DNA of 64,000 nt from Mytilus trossulus. Lineage: Eukaryota. Below the pieces are notes generated by a model. The model was not told the origin of the DNA. It worked only from the letters and a program-made list of their open reading frames with translations, and searched no databases. The position numbers were made by a program, and so were the translations under genes. Each line of letters starts with the position of its first letter. Position 1 is the first letter of the stretch. Below are positions 1 to 11,448 of the stretch, piece by piece. The stretch is taken from positions 71,238,001-71,302,000 of the forward strand of contig NC_086374.1 in assembly GCF_036588685.1 (NCBI RefSeq), given 5' to 3'.

Positions 1-1251
1 AATAAACAAACAATACATGTAACGCTATCGTTATAAAGGGAAGGTTAATATTAATATTATATATTCTTCAACTAAACCTTGTGTTGGTTATATCTTTTAG
101 AGCATCCCCTGTGTTTAAAAGCTAAATTATTTCATCTGGCAAGGAAAATGAAAGAAACTTAAAAGTCTATATCAATTTTGTTTATAAAACAAAGGACCAT
201 TAAATTATTCATAATCCCTGAAATCATATTAGGGAATTTGTAGAATAATTATCAGAAAATGATCAGAGACTATCTAAAATCACTTGTCACTTTCAGGGAT
301 TATATATAATTACTAATGATTTTAATGATTCTACATATTCCCTAAAAAATCAGGGATTCTACATAATCCTTGATTATACAAATTCACTGTAACATATCTA
401 TGATAAGTTTATTTAAATACGTTATAGCAGTATCCTGGCTCCAAGCTACTCATATTTTATCTTACTCTAACATTCAGCGTGTATATCGGATAGCAGTGTG
501 AAATAGATAACAACAACCTCCCATATTCGTGGCTAGCACAACATTCATTGCGACACCATAAATTCAGGTCACCAATGATAAAAGGCGACATATGATCCAT
601 TTCCAATCGAAAGAAAAAAGAAAAAAAAATGTTAAAAAATTGCATCAGGAAACATTCAAAGCCGAAATAAGGTTGAAGGTGATCGTTCAATATGTAATTT
701 AATGATTCTTCTGCTGTAATGATTACTGATAGGAAGAAGTGGTAAAGCAAAACAAAACAATTTGAAATCAAATTTTAGATAATACACGTGAATCGAGCCT
801 TTTTATTGCTTAAAATTCAGTAGAAAATGTATATACATACCCAACCCTTCCATACTATTCAGCCGTTTGCGAGTTTTTCCGTGTTCACTATTTCTCTTAA
901 ATGATAAGCACTTGGAAAACGAAATAGTTCTGAATTATTTATCTGAAACGTTAAGCTTTAAGAGATTTTTTAAAACGTAAATAAACTTCTGGTGGATGCA
1001 GTTTCAAATAAGTTTAATCTTTTTCTTTCAAAAGATGTAAACCTTAAACATGTGAGGATACTGTTGTCTTATGTGATGATCAATCTTTAAATTATTTATT
1101 TTGCAATTAAAAATGATTTGATATAGTTCGTGCTTTTTATTCTTAACTAAGAATGATAATAATAATAGCCTTACTTCTTGTTTTATAATGAATTCTCCGC
1201 TTTTGAGAAACATTTATTTTGTATCCAATATTTCACTGCTAAATCATCCAT

Positions 1252-1640
1252 TCGTAAATTTTACGGACGCCATCACGAGTTGGTTGACCGTTATGGAATA
1301 ACCGTTTCACAAATGATATCGGATATGTTCCTTACGTCGTAACTACAATCCCCTTCCCTTTCATGAATTTGACCTACCGAATTAGACTATTTACCGGATT
1401 TGTAATCACATAAGCAACACGACGGGTGCCGCATGTGGAGCAGGATCTGCTTACCCTTCCGGAGCACCTGAGATCACCCCTAGTTTTTGGTGGGGTTCGT
1501 GTTGTTTATTCTTTAGTTTTCTATGTTGTGTCATGTGTCCTATTGTTTTTCTGTTTGTCTTTTTCATTTTTAGCCATGGCGTTGTCAGTTTGTTTTAGAT
1601 TTACGAGTTTGACTGTCCCTTAGGTATCTTTCGTCCTTCT
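1252..1640 (+). mobile_element. 3' end of an abundant non-LTR/Penelope-like (Naiad-type) retroelement family
   Basis: Encodes the RT tail RKFYGRHHELVDRYG followed by a conserved 3' block (GGAGCAGGATCTGCTTACCCTTCCGGAGCACCTGAGATCACCCC). Further copies at ~9497-9712, 43064-43400 (minus) and 44056-44370. The ORF at 1426-1623 is a by-product. Clade label is from recall. Confidence 0.7.
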
Positions 1641-3479
1641 TCTCTTCTTTTACAGCTCTCTGCCTCTGATCTGGTTTTATACAAATTATTTTCAATAAGT
1701 AACAGTAAATGTTTATTTCATTTTGTTTCCTTGCATCCCGCTTTTATTCCGTTTCGCAGTTTACAGGTCCACCTCTTTTAGCTCCTTTTCTATTTTTAAT
1801 ATTTTCATCAAAAATCTAAAAAAAATAATCAAACTTTTAAAAAGCGAAATAATGAAAGCTGCACGTTAAGTTTTAGTACTTTAAAAGTTTTATTAAACAT
1901 CCAAACTATCAATTTTACAAAAGATATTTACAATTTTAAATTTTTAATTATTTGGTGGAAAATTTGAAAATTTGAAAAATATTGCAATTATGATATTTGA
2001 AAACACAAATTCCTAATATTTTTGTGTTGTTAACCAATTAAAGTAGTCATTATCCATTGTACACACAAGAAAAACTATTTCATTTCAAACTTTCACAATT
2101 GGTCAAATTTTAGATACTTTTCACGTTTTAAATTTGGTGATACTAGATATGACTCATTATGCTATTTTTAAAACAAAAGCATCTAGGCAACTGACCCTTT
2201 TTCAGCACTAGTGATTATCTCCTATTTTATGAGGGGTTTGTGTTGCTCAAATTTCAAATTTTTGAGCAGAGATTTCTTCTTTGTAATAAATATCCAATAG
2301 TGTATAAGCCATTTACACAAGAAGTAGTACAACGAATAAAAACGAATAAAAACCATTTTCTAACCTAAAGCTTTCATATGTTTATAAGGTAGATTCAATA
2401 TTGTTACTTGCTATTTTCATTTCTGAACTCCATATCTATATATATACTGTATTTGTGCGATATTATGAATAACATTCAATTCGATTGCTCAATCTTCTCT
2501 TTTAAAAAGTGTGTAATTCTACTCAAGGCATGCTCTACGTTTACCATTTTTAAATCACGTTTACAACACGTGAACTGTATATATGCATAATATCTCGCAA
2601 GGGTACTTATATTATAAGGATGAAAAATGTTAGGATCACTGAATAAGCAGTATAATTACACTTATAGACATCAAAAGAAACATTATCTTAATTATCTCAA
2701 ATCAACATGCCCAATTCAATCAAAAGTGTTACATATCAGACGGGTTAAGTGGACTGAATTTCTCCTTATAAATCCATTCTTTGATTGTAACATTAATTTC
2801 ACCAGAGTCTCGTTATCAATAAAAATTATGTTAAGATGTTTGTTTCAGAAGGAGTTGTGGAAATGTCTTGTTTATGATAAATGACAGTCTAATAAAAAAT
2901 TCTGCTGTTTGCTTAAAACTATAATTCTTTGATTGAAAGCAATGGTGTGATAAACTTTGTTTGCCCAGTTCCATTGTTTCGATTTGGCAACAGAAAAAAG
3001 CAACCAGTGATAATTGATACATGTCACGAAAAACAGCTTACACATTGCTGTAATTTATTAATAGAATGTCGAATGATAGTAACAGATTTGATCTCTTTAT
3101 AAAACATTGTTAAATGCAAACTGATATATAAAAGCGGGTGGCAATTTATTTTGGCTTAAATGCGTAGAACGATGTCATAACATACTAAAGGGGGCTCGAG
3201 GGGATGAATTCATTTTTTTTTTTAACAAAGGCTTTAGTTTGGTTCCTTCTATACAGTGTTCGGATATCAAAGTTGAATTGAATTTCTTACAGTTTATTAA
3301 AGTAAGGTCGAAAGAATTTTTTAAAACTATCATGATTTGAAATGAGTTCATTGTTCATTTGTTTTACCTTAGATAAATGCTCATTCAAAAACTGAACATG
3401 AACAAAGTAAATGTATGACTATGGATAATAGCTCTTCATCATTTATATAAGCTTTGGATTTCAAATATTTTGGCCACGA

Positions 3480-3523
3480 GCATCACTGAAGAGACATGAA
3501 TTGTCGAAATGCGCATCTGGTGC
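3480..3523 (+). ncRNA. Minimal type I hammerhead ribozyme (retrozyme/PLE type)
   Basis: Stem I GCAUCA/UGGUGC, core CUGAAGA (3486-3492), stem II GACA-ugaau-UGUC, GAAA (3506-3509), palindromic stem III AUGCGCAU, AUC cleavage triplet. Confidence 0.85.
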
Positions 3524-3668
3524 AAGAAAATTGGTACCGCTAATTTTAGTATAGTAAAGGCCATAATATTCTGCACTATTTACAATTATATATATTGTTT
3601 TATTAAGTATATATACTGTTTCTAACTAATGATGGGTTTTTTTTCTTCCTTTTTGTCTATATACACAG

Positions 3669-5375
3669 TTAAAAAGATGATAAGTTAATGTTATACAAAT
3701 AGATAGTTCCCAGCATGTTAGTAAAGAGAAGAATATTTCTGTCTTGGTCAAAATGTATACCCATAGGAAAATATATTCCGTTATTTTCTAACAATCGACG
3801 GGCATGCTGGCCATCTGGTGAAATTACGACAACACTGTTATCTGCGTGGGATGCCACATACACATTGGAATAGTTATCAATTGCTACTCCACGAATCATC
3901 TTCAAAATTGAATCGTCTTTGTATTCCCAAACCTTCTGTCCTGTGATTGTGTAGCATGTTACTGTATTTGTGGTACCGTTTGTATAATACATCTTGTATT
4001 TTGATGTTGTAACATAGTTCCAGTTATGCTTGCCATCGTCTTTAACTACTGTCGTGACAGTACTTTCATCCGTAAATTCTGTTGTTTTGATACCACTTCC
4101 AGTTTCATAATATATTAGTCTTCCTTTATTATATGTAATGCCGTAGCAACGGTTAGACGTTTTGATACTTTTCACAGTCTTTTTATTGACGATGTGGATA
4201 ATTTCTATATGAAAAGGCTCTTTATTGTGGGTGATAGCAACGGTATTCTCACCAATACATGTAACATCTAACGGTTGGTGTGATACAGGTATTACACACA
4301 CAAATGATCCATTTTCCTTGTGGATAACTAGACGGTCATTGGTTTGATCTACGAAGACCATTTTACCAGTTGGCATGATGGTGCACCCCGAGATTCCAAC
4401 TACCTCTCTCCCTTTCGGTATCTCAAATGTTTTCAATAAAGTAGGATTGATGTCATTGATTGATTTTGATATCGTCGGTAGCATTAGTTGAGCTTGTTTG
4501 TCTCTAGTCATCGTCAGGGTTATAGTGGGTGGATTTTCTATAGCTGATATCTCTCCAATCTTTGTCATAGACAGTATGTCAGACATCTTGTTATCAATTA
4601 TGCATTGTAGGTTTATTTGTTGTAAGCTTCCATCTGTTATTAACGACTGCATAAATATCTCTTCTTTTTGGATCTCGGCTTCAAACATTTTACCACCTAG
4701 AAATGTTTGAAGGTCAGTTGCAAAACTTTTCGTTGCGGAAATTCTCTTCTGTAGCTCATTTAGTGATTTATCATGGCATAAAATTTTTGAAAGAAATCTG
4801 TCTATTTGTGATTGGACTTTCTGTTCAGCAGCTTGGATATCTTGTTGTATTTCTTGTTCAAGATTATCTAGGTGTTTGTTTATTTTCTTTCGTACCTCTT
4901 TTATATCTGTCTGGAATCTCAGTCGCTGTTGGTGAATTTTCCCCAAATTCTGCTTTCTGTCTTCAATAATTTTTTTCATGTTGCTCTTCATATCTTTTAA
5001 AATTTGTTCCATAATGTCAAATAATGCGGAAGTCTTCGATGTTTTGACAATATCATCAAGTGCCATTAAATCACAAGTTTTGTGGTTAGTTGTTATGCAA
5101 AGCGGACAACATGGTTTTTCATGTTGAGAACAGTAGAGCTGATACTTTTTCTCATGGTCTGAGCAATATTGGTTTATACTTGCTATTGCTTGTGGTATTT
5201 TTTTATAATTATGCACTGAAATGACTTCATGATTTCGTGAGGATTTGGAGGCACGATGGTGTTTTTCGCATGATGAGCACAACCCTTCATCGCATTCAGA
5301 ACACCAGAAGGCGGCCTCTTTCACCAAGTGTTGAGTTTCACACACACCACACAATATTCCACTGGATGAAGCCAT
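3669..5375 (-). CDS. RING-less TRIM-like protein (B-box1, B-box2, coiled coil, NHL/beta-propeller), 568 aa, single coding exon
   Basis: B-box motifs CGVC...CSECDEGLCSSCEKHH and CSDH...CSQH..CCPLC...H..C, a heptad-rich middle, and NHL blades (RGVAIDNYSNVYVAS, PMGIHFD). True start is MASSSG at 5375, 6 nt after a TTTTTGCAG splice acceptor; the ORF-track extension to 5441 is intron. Confidence 0.9.
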   Translation of the reverse strand: MASSSGILCGVCETQHLVKEAAFWCSECDEGLCSSCEKHHRASKSSRNHEVISVHNYKKIPQAIASINQYCSDHEKKYQLYCSQHEKPCCPLCITTNHKTCDLMALDDIVKTSKTSALFDIMEQILKDMKSNMKKIIEDRKQNLGKIHQQRLRFQTDIKEVRKKINKHLDNLEQEIQQDIQAAEQKVQSQIDRFLSKILCHDKSLNELQKRISATKSFATDLQTFLGGKMFEAEIQKEEIFMQSLITDGSLQQINLQCIIDNKMSDILSMTKIGEISAIENPPTITLTMTRDKQAQLMLPTISKSINDINPTLLKTFEIPKGREVVGISGCTIMPTGKMVFVDQTNDRLVIHKENGSFVCVIPVSHQPLDVTCIGENTVAITHNKEPFHIEIIHIVNKKTVKSIKTSNRCYGITYNKGRLIYYETGSGIKTTEFTDESTVTTVVKDDGKHNWNYVTTSKYKMYYTNGTTNTVTCYTITGQKVWEYKDDSILKMIRGVAIDNYSNVYVASHADNSVVVISPDGQHARRLLENNGIYFPMGIHFDQDRNILLFTNMLGTIYLYNINLSSF

Positions 5376-5443
5376 TTTAAACTGCAAAAATAAATTATTG
5401 ATCCCAAAACATGATGAAGAGTAAAACTTATTAATTTTCAATA

Positions 5444-5567
5444 ACTTTTTTTCATATACCTTACTTGTAAATAAAAAAAGTTAAACTAGAGGCTCTGAAG
5501 ACCCGACTTTTTTCATATACTTTACTTGTAAATAAAAAAAGTTTAACTAGAGGCTCTGAAGACCCGA
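5444..5567. repeat. 62-bp direct tandem duplication
   Basis: ACTTTTTTTCATATAC...CTAGAGGCTCTGAAGACCCG at 5444-5505 and again from 5506. Confidence 0.85.
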
Positions 5568-5634
5568 ATCGTTTACCTGGTTAAAATTACCTCTTTAATA
5601 TTAATTTTGTACCTTTATTGCAATTAGCTAATAT

Positions 5635-5990
5635 AAAAAAAGAAGATGTGGTATGATTTCCAATGAGACAATTATCCAAAAAAGACCAAAATGACACAGA
5701 CATTAAAACAACTATAGGTTACCGTAAGGCCTTCAACAATATGCAAAGCTCATACCGCATAGTCAGCTATAAAAGGCCCCGATAAGACAATGTAAAACAT
5801 TTCAAACGAAAAAACTAACGGCTTTATCTATGTAAAAAAATGAACGAAAAACAAATATGTTACACATAAACAAAAGACAACCACTGAATTACAGGCTCCT
5901 GACTTGGGACAGGCACATAAATAAATAATGTGATGGGGTTAAACATGTTAGCGGGATCCCAACCCTCCCCCTAACCTGGGACAGTGGTAT
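5635..5990 (+). repeat. Abundant interspersed repeat (AAGATGTGGTATGATTKCCAATGAGACAA family)
   Basis: Related copies at ~9742-9890, 20665-20835 (-), 24590-24750, 28850-29140 (head-to-head pair), 35515-35570 (-), 49150-49232 and 58910-59135. Confidence 0.75.
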
Positions 5991-6442
5991 ATGATATTTT
6001 TGTTGAGCATGTTTCAATTAGAGTATGCATAATCAAACACGTCATAGATATTACTCGATTTATTTCACTTGACTGGGCGGAGTTCGCTTATTATAGAATA
6101 TAACATCTAGAGACAGGTAATTTGTGATAAATTAATTGATAAAATGTTCAGTTATGGTCATCAATCTGGTTCAAATATGTAAACATGTGTATTCGCAAAA
6201 TAAATAATGATTCACAGACGTTGATTTTCTTGTGTGGCGGAGTTAACATGTTTTTCAACTCCGCCACACAAGTAAAACTAACGACATCAGGTGTTAAATC
6301 TAACAATGGAAATCATGAAATCCGTAATAATTATAACGGCAATCATCCTTATCAGACAAATCTTCGAATAGACTGTCCTTATGCAAATTGAAACGTAAAC
6401 TCTGCTCGATCAGTTTAAAACACAGGATTGAAATTTAATAGT

Positions 6443-6490
6443 TTAGACACACGCACGTTTCGTCTAGAAAAGACGCATCATTGACGCTCG
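6443..6490 (-). ncRNA. Degenerate hammerhead ribozyme (probably inactive)
   Basis: Minus strand reads GAGCGTCA ATGATGC GTCTTTTCTAGAC GAAACGTGCGT. Stem II and GAAAC are kept, but the core CUGAUGA has become AUGAUGC. Confidence 0.55.
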
Positions 6491-9400
6491 ACTCGTTTGA
6501 GAATGATTTCACCGTTTATAGTTTATATAAATTTCATTGCTGTTTTTGGAAAAACTGGCAAATTTAATATCAGATGACAATTAGGCCATTTTGACTAAAC
6601 TGTAGATCTTTATTAGTTGATCTCTTACTCCGCACTCTATTAGACATTATTAGTATACGACTCTTCAAAAGACAGAAATCGGTCGACAGAAAACAAATCC
6701 GGGTTGCAAACTAAAATTGAGGGAAACACATCAACTATAAGAGGAAAACAAAAGAACAACACAACACTGAAATGCAACAAAATCATCAAAATATAGTCGT
6801 GTTGACTTATTTGAAAATCTTATTGTGATTAACAATTTTGTCGTTAATTGTTTCTTAATTGTAATCTGTGTATTATACTTTTTGCATTCAAAAACATAAC
6901 GAAAAGAGGGTGAAAACACAAGGACAATTATTCATCGAAGAGTCAAATTATTGGTTTTGACCTGGTTGACATACTTGTAGGTCTTATTTTGCCTCACAAT
7001 TTTCCATATCTTGTTGCATTCTATGTATAAGCGTTTCGGCAAAAAAGTAGAAAAGTCATATAGGGACAATAATTCCTATATTGGGTCAGTTATCAATATC
7101 AGTAATGTTGGGGTTTTTTTTTGTATATATTTGATAATGCTTAACATCTTTGCCATTTACCAATATAGTTTTCTAATTCTTTTTTTGGGGAGGAGGGTCT
7201 GCTCAAAATGCATATATTTAAGTAAAAGTTCACCAATCTTGGAATGGCAATAATTCTTATACAAAGGCCAATAGTTGATGTCAGCCATGATGACAAATAT
7301 TTAGATCGTTTTGTAATTATCATTTTATATTTTCACAATATATGAGTATCTTTTATGTTTCCAGCACAAACATCATAAAAAAATAAGATTTCATGCTCCT
7401 TATTGCAATTTTTACAATATCTTTTAGTCCAAATAGTTATGACGTCTTGAAAGACTTTTTTTCTGTGACGGCTTAAATTGGGAAAACTCGTCTTCTAATA
7501 CAGTGTACCTCATATAAGGTACTCAATTTATTTGTACGATTTTTAAGAAATAGACCTTCTTGGCCTGTTTAACATTTAAACCCTGACAGTTTTGATCTTA
7601 CTGTTTTCCTTTTTTATATATAATTAAAATTTAAAAAAGATCTCTTTCGAACAACATGGCCCATGTTTGTTCAACATATCTCAGGAACATTCAGTTATCA
7701 GGTTTGTTATCATTTACCGCCATACGAAGAAAGACGTTTCATTGTGTAAACACACCTATATTTACATTAAACATTCAGATAGATATAAAACTAGTTTTCC
7801 ATTATTGTAACTTATAAACCACAATACAAAATTGATGAAAGTCCCCCTATTTTGTTGACATGAAATTATTTCCATCATTCATATACCTCAATACTTATAA
7901 TTAAACCTTAAAAGAATTACAAGCAAAATAATCAGAACAAACAACTATAAAATAGATCAATATATTTATGTCAAGGTGATTCTAAACCAGATCATAACAA
8001 TGAATTCAAAAGTATTATTTTAATACCATGCAACTCTTAAATTATATCTGTTGCTGATGCATCGGTTTGAAGATATATAAACATATTAGTTAGTTTACCT
8101 TAAACTGTGTATGTCTTCATAAATACCAGTATCAAAACATGTTATGTCTTCTCACAAGGTTAGTTATAAACCCGGATGTCTATAGGTCACTAAAACATAA
8201 CACCGATATACTATACATAAAAACAAACGCAACACATGTAACCCAAAATAACTGCTGGTTCTATGTTGCTGTGGAAAGAGTTAAAGTATGGCGGATGGAC
8301 AACAGACACTCGAAAATTACACGCGTTTTCAAAATAAAACAAAATTAATAAGTGTATATGTGTCTTGCACCAGGTCAAGAACCTGAAAAGTTATCATCTT
8401 GTGATGTACTTTAATGTTGTTTTCTAATTATGTGCTTTGGAAAATTTGAGCATTGGCTTTCGACGAACAGCAAGATATAAAGGGCACCAAATGACAAACG
8501 AAAAACAATTTATCGAAGATTGCAACCACACATCAGTATCCAATCTATAATAAATGTGTTTTTGCAACTTCTGAAAATAAGGATTACAATTTTGTGGGAC
8601 ATATCAATAGTTTTGCTCTCTAACATATCTTTTATATCGATGTTTTCTTGAAAGAATCAATTATGACATTTAAAGGGTGTACGTTAATGTCATAAAGAGA
8701 GTCATATATATCATCGAAAATAAATACATTTCAGGGTCAGCATTTCCAGATTCCTGCAACAGACAATGTGCATGTATGATAGCGTCTAGGAAAATGGTAA
8801 ATGAATGAACATAGAATACAAAGATTAACGAGGTTCATGAGACCACACAGGCACGTACTAATGTTTATGAATATGCTAATGAATATGCAAATGCCGATCA
8901 AAAAAAGGAAATATGTGTCTGGATAGTTCATGGATCACAATGATGTTTTATACAAGTTATGCCTCTGCCCACAGGTAAAGAGGGGAGTTTGACTCAAAGT
9001 TTATGTATGTCTAAGATCAAGGTTATACATGCATGCCTATTATCTGTAGTCGATATCTTTTCTCTTTCATTTTTAATTTTCAATCAACCTTTAAAAAAAT
9101 AGTTGTCATTGAACAATAGTTTTGGCGCAACACTTTTTAACAGTTATATGTTGATGGAGAGATTAACTACTGATATCATGTTTTGCGAAAAGCGTCCCGC
9201 GCAATTTTTGATTCCTTTGCTTGCATCTCAGTTTCGCTGAACACAATTATTACCTTTCTTCAGAAGAATTAAGAATTATCATTTTAAAACACATCAGGGA
9301 TAACTTATTTGAAATTTAAATCTAAATGATTGATTATCTGATTTATTTACGTCTTGTGGAAAATGTTACATGTTTGTTCAGGGTGAGAAAAAGAAAATTG

Positions 9401-11102
9401 AATAACTCCAAATGTAAGATATTATGATAAGAAATTGTCCATGCACTTTAAGTCCATTATTGTTGAAAATGGTTGTGTTAACGTTGGAAGGACAACTCGG
9501 TGCCACATGTGGTGTAGGATCTGTTTAACTTTCCGGTGCACCTGAGATCACCCCTTTTTTTTTGTGGGGTTCGTATTGTTTATTGTTTTGTTTTCTATGT
9601 TGTGGCATGTGTTCTATTGGTTGTCTGTTTGTCTTCTTTCATTTTTAGCCAAGCGTTGTCAGATTATTTTCGATTTTATGTTTGACTGTCCCTTTTGTAT
9701 CTATCGTCCCTCTTATATCCATGTTCCTGTCGCTTTCAATAGATATAGGAAGATGTGGTGTGAGTGCCAATTAGACAACTCTCCATCCAAATAACAACTT
9801 TTAAAAAAAAGTAAACAATTATAGGTCAATGTACGGCCTTCAACGCGGAGCCTTGGCTCACACCGAACGACAAGCTATAAAGGGCCCCAAAATTACTTAA
9901 TGTTTATCTCCTCAATTTCAAGCAGACATATCTCTCTTGTCTTAAATGACAATTACAATGTATGTCATGCCAGAGCAGCACCTTCTGATATAGTTTACAA
10001 AAAAAGGTTAAACAGCATATCTTTAATGGCAAACAAGAGAGAACTGGTTCCCAGACCATCGGTTGTATCAACGCATGTACAACAGATCTGACAAACAGGA
10101 AAAATGTCCCTGATTTTTAACATGTCCTGCAGTATCCATTAGTTTGGGTCTCGAAAGTGGAATTCCAAATAATCAAAGTAGTAGTTTATATGAAAAATGT
10201 AAGCGCTACTTCTATATAATGGACGTGTGTTTATGCGGCTGTCATTAAAGTTAGAGATTATTTATAAGCTAGCTTTAAAATCAGGTTAAATACCATAATC
10301 TACATATCGAAAGTAAGGAATGAGACAGTTGGTTTCAATTCATGTTTAATGTGTTTAATGTGTTTGATCTTTCGATTTGTTACTTGATAAAGGAATTTTC
10401 CGTTTTCAATTTCTATGGAGTTTGGTATTTTTGTTATTTTACTTTTTAAATTTGTTGTTGTTTTTAGCAAAATATTATGATGTATAAATAATCCCTTTCA
10501 GGTGGTTATGAAGTAATATTAAAACATAATTTTGGAATCAATTGATTAAGTCTAAATGTTGTTTTATTAATTAATAGCTAAATAACTTGTCTAAACAGGG
10601 ATACTAAGCATGTATGTTCAATTTAATAGAAAACAACAATGTATGGTTAAGCAATCACAAACACTTTTAAACCAGTTTCATTCTTAATAGAATGATAGAT
10701 GGAGAAGCGTTCAGCTTTTAAAAGTAAAAAGTACAAGTTTTACACAGAGAAGGTGCGTTTCTTCTGTTGTTTTAGTATTAATTCACGCTATTTCAAAACC
10801 TACAAAGGTATCAGTTAAAAACCATATATATAAATATTTGGATCGAAGTGAACCAACCATATAAGCAGCATAATAAAAAAAGGTCTTTTGTCTATCGTTA
10901 TAAGATATATGTCTTATCTAATTAACGTTCATTGATTATAGTGTGCTAAAACAAAATAACTAAATATAAGTAAATGTATAGTTCTACAGTATTGTCAAAC
11001 AGTGTGTACTATTTTACATTTATAAATATATTTTTAATGAAAAATCTTCAGACTTTTTAGAAACGTGATTTCTTTATTTTCAACCTGGATTGTTTTTAAA
11101 TT

Positions 11103-11225
11103 TCATTAAATGATCTACAAAATAGGTGGTAACGAGTACAATATGTCTTCTTTGGTCAAAGTGGACACCATAGTTGGTCATCGCTTAAAACAAATTTCTA
11201 AATAATGTTTGACCATCATTGATCA
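11103..11225 (-). pseudogene. Remnant of a TRIM-like NHL C-terminus
   Basis: Minus strand translates as DGQ...YGVHFDQRRHIVLVT, matching PMGIHFDQDRNILLFT and PYGIHCDQRRNILLVS of the neighbouring paralogs; contains a stop. Confidence 0.55.
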
Positions 11226-11448
11226 TCAAAGTACAATCATTCAATTCAATTTATTTTTGAAAACTACCAGGGTGTGAGATCAATTCAGAAGAAAGAATAT
11301 GTTTATTAGGTAAAATCAATTTCAAACTCAATATAAACAGAGTAAATAGATGTCCTTAATATTCTGCACTTTTTACATTCATTGTTTTTTAAAAGTCTGC
11401 ACACTGTTTCAAACAGCTTGATTTCTGAATCTTCATTCTTTTAAAAGT

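Noticed and set aside
5376-5441. N-terminal extensions in the ORF track (also 48080-48179 and 49577-49673)
   Set aside because: They lie upstream of clear splice acceptors and are intron read-through.
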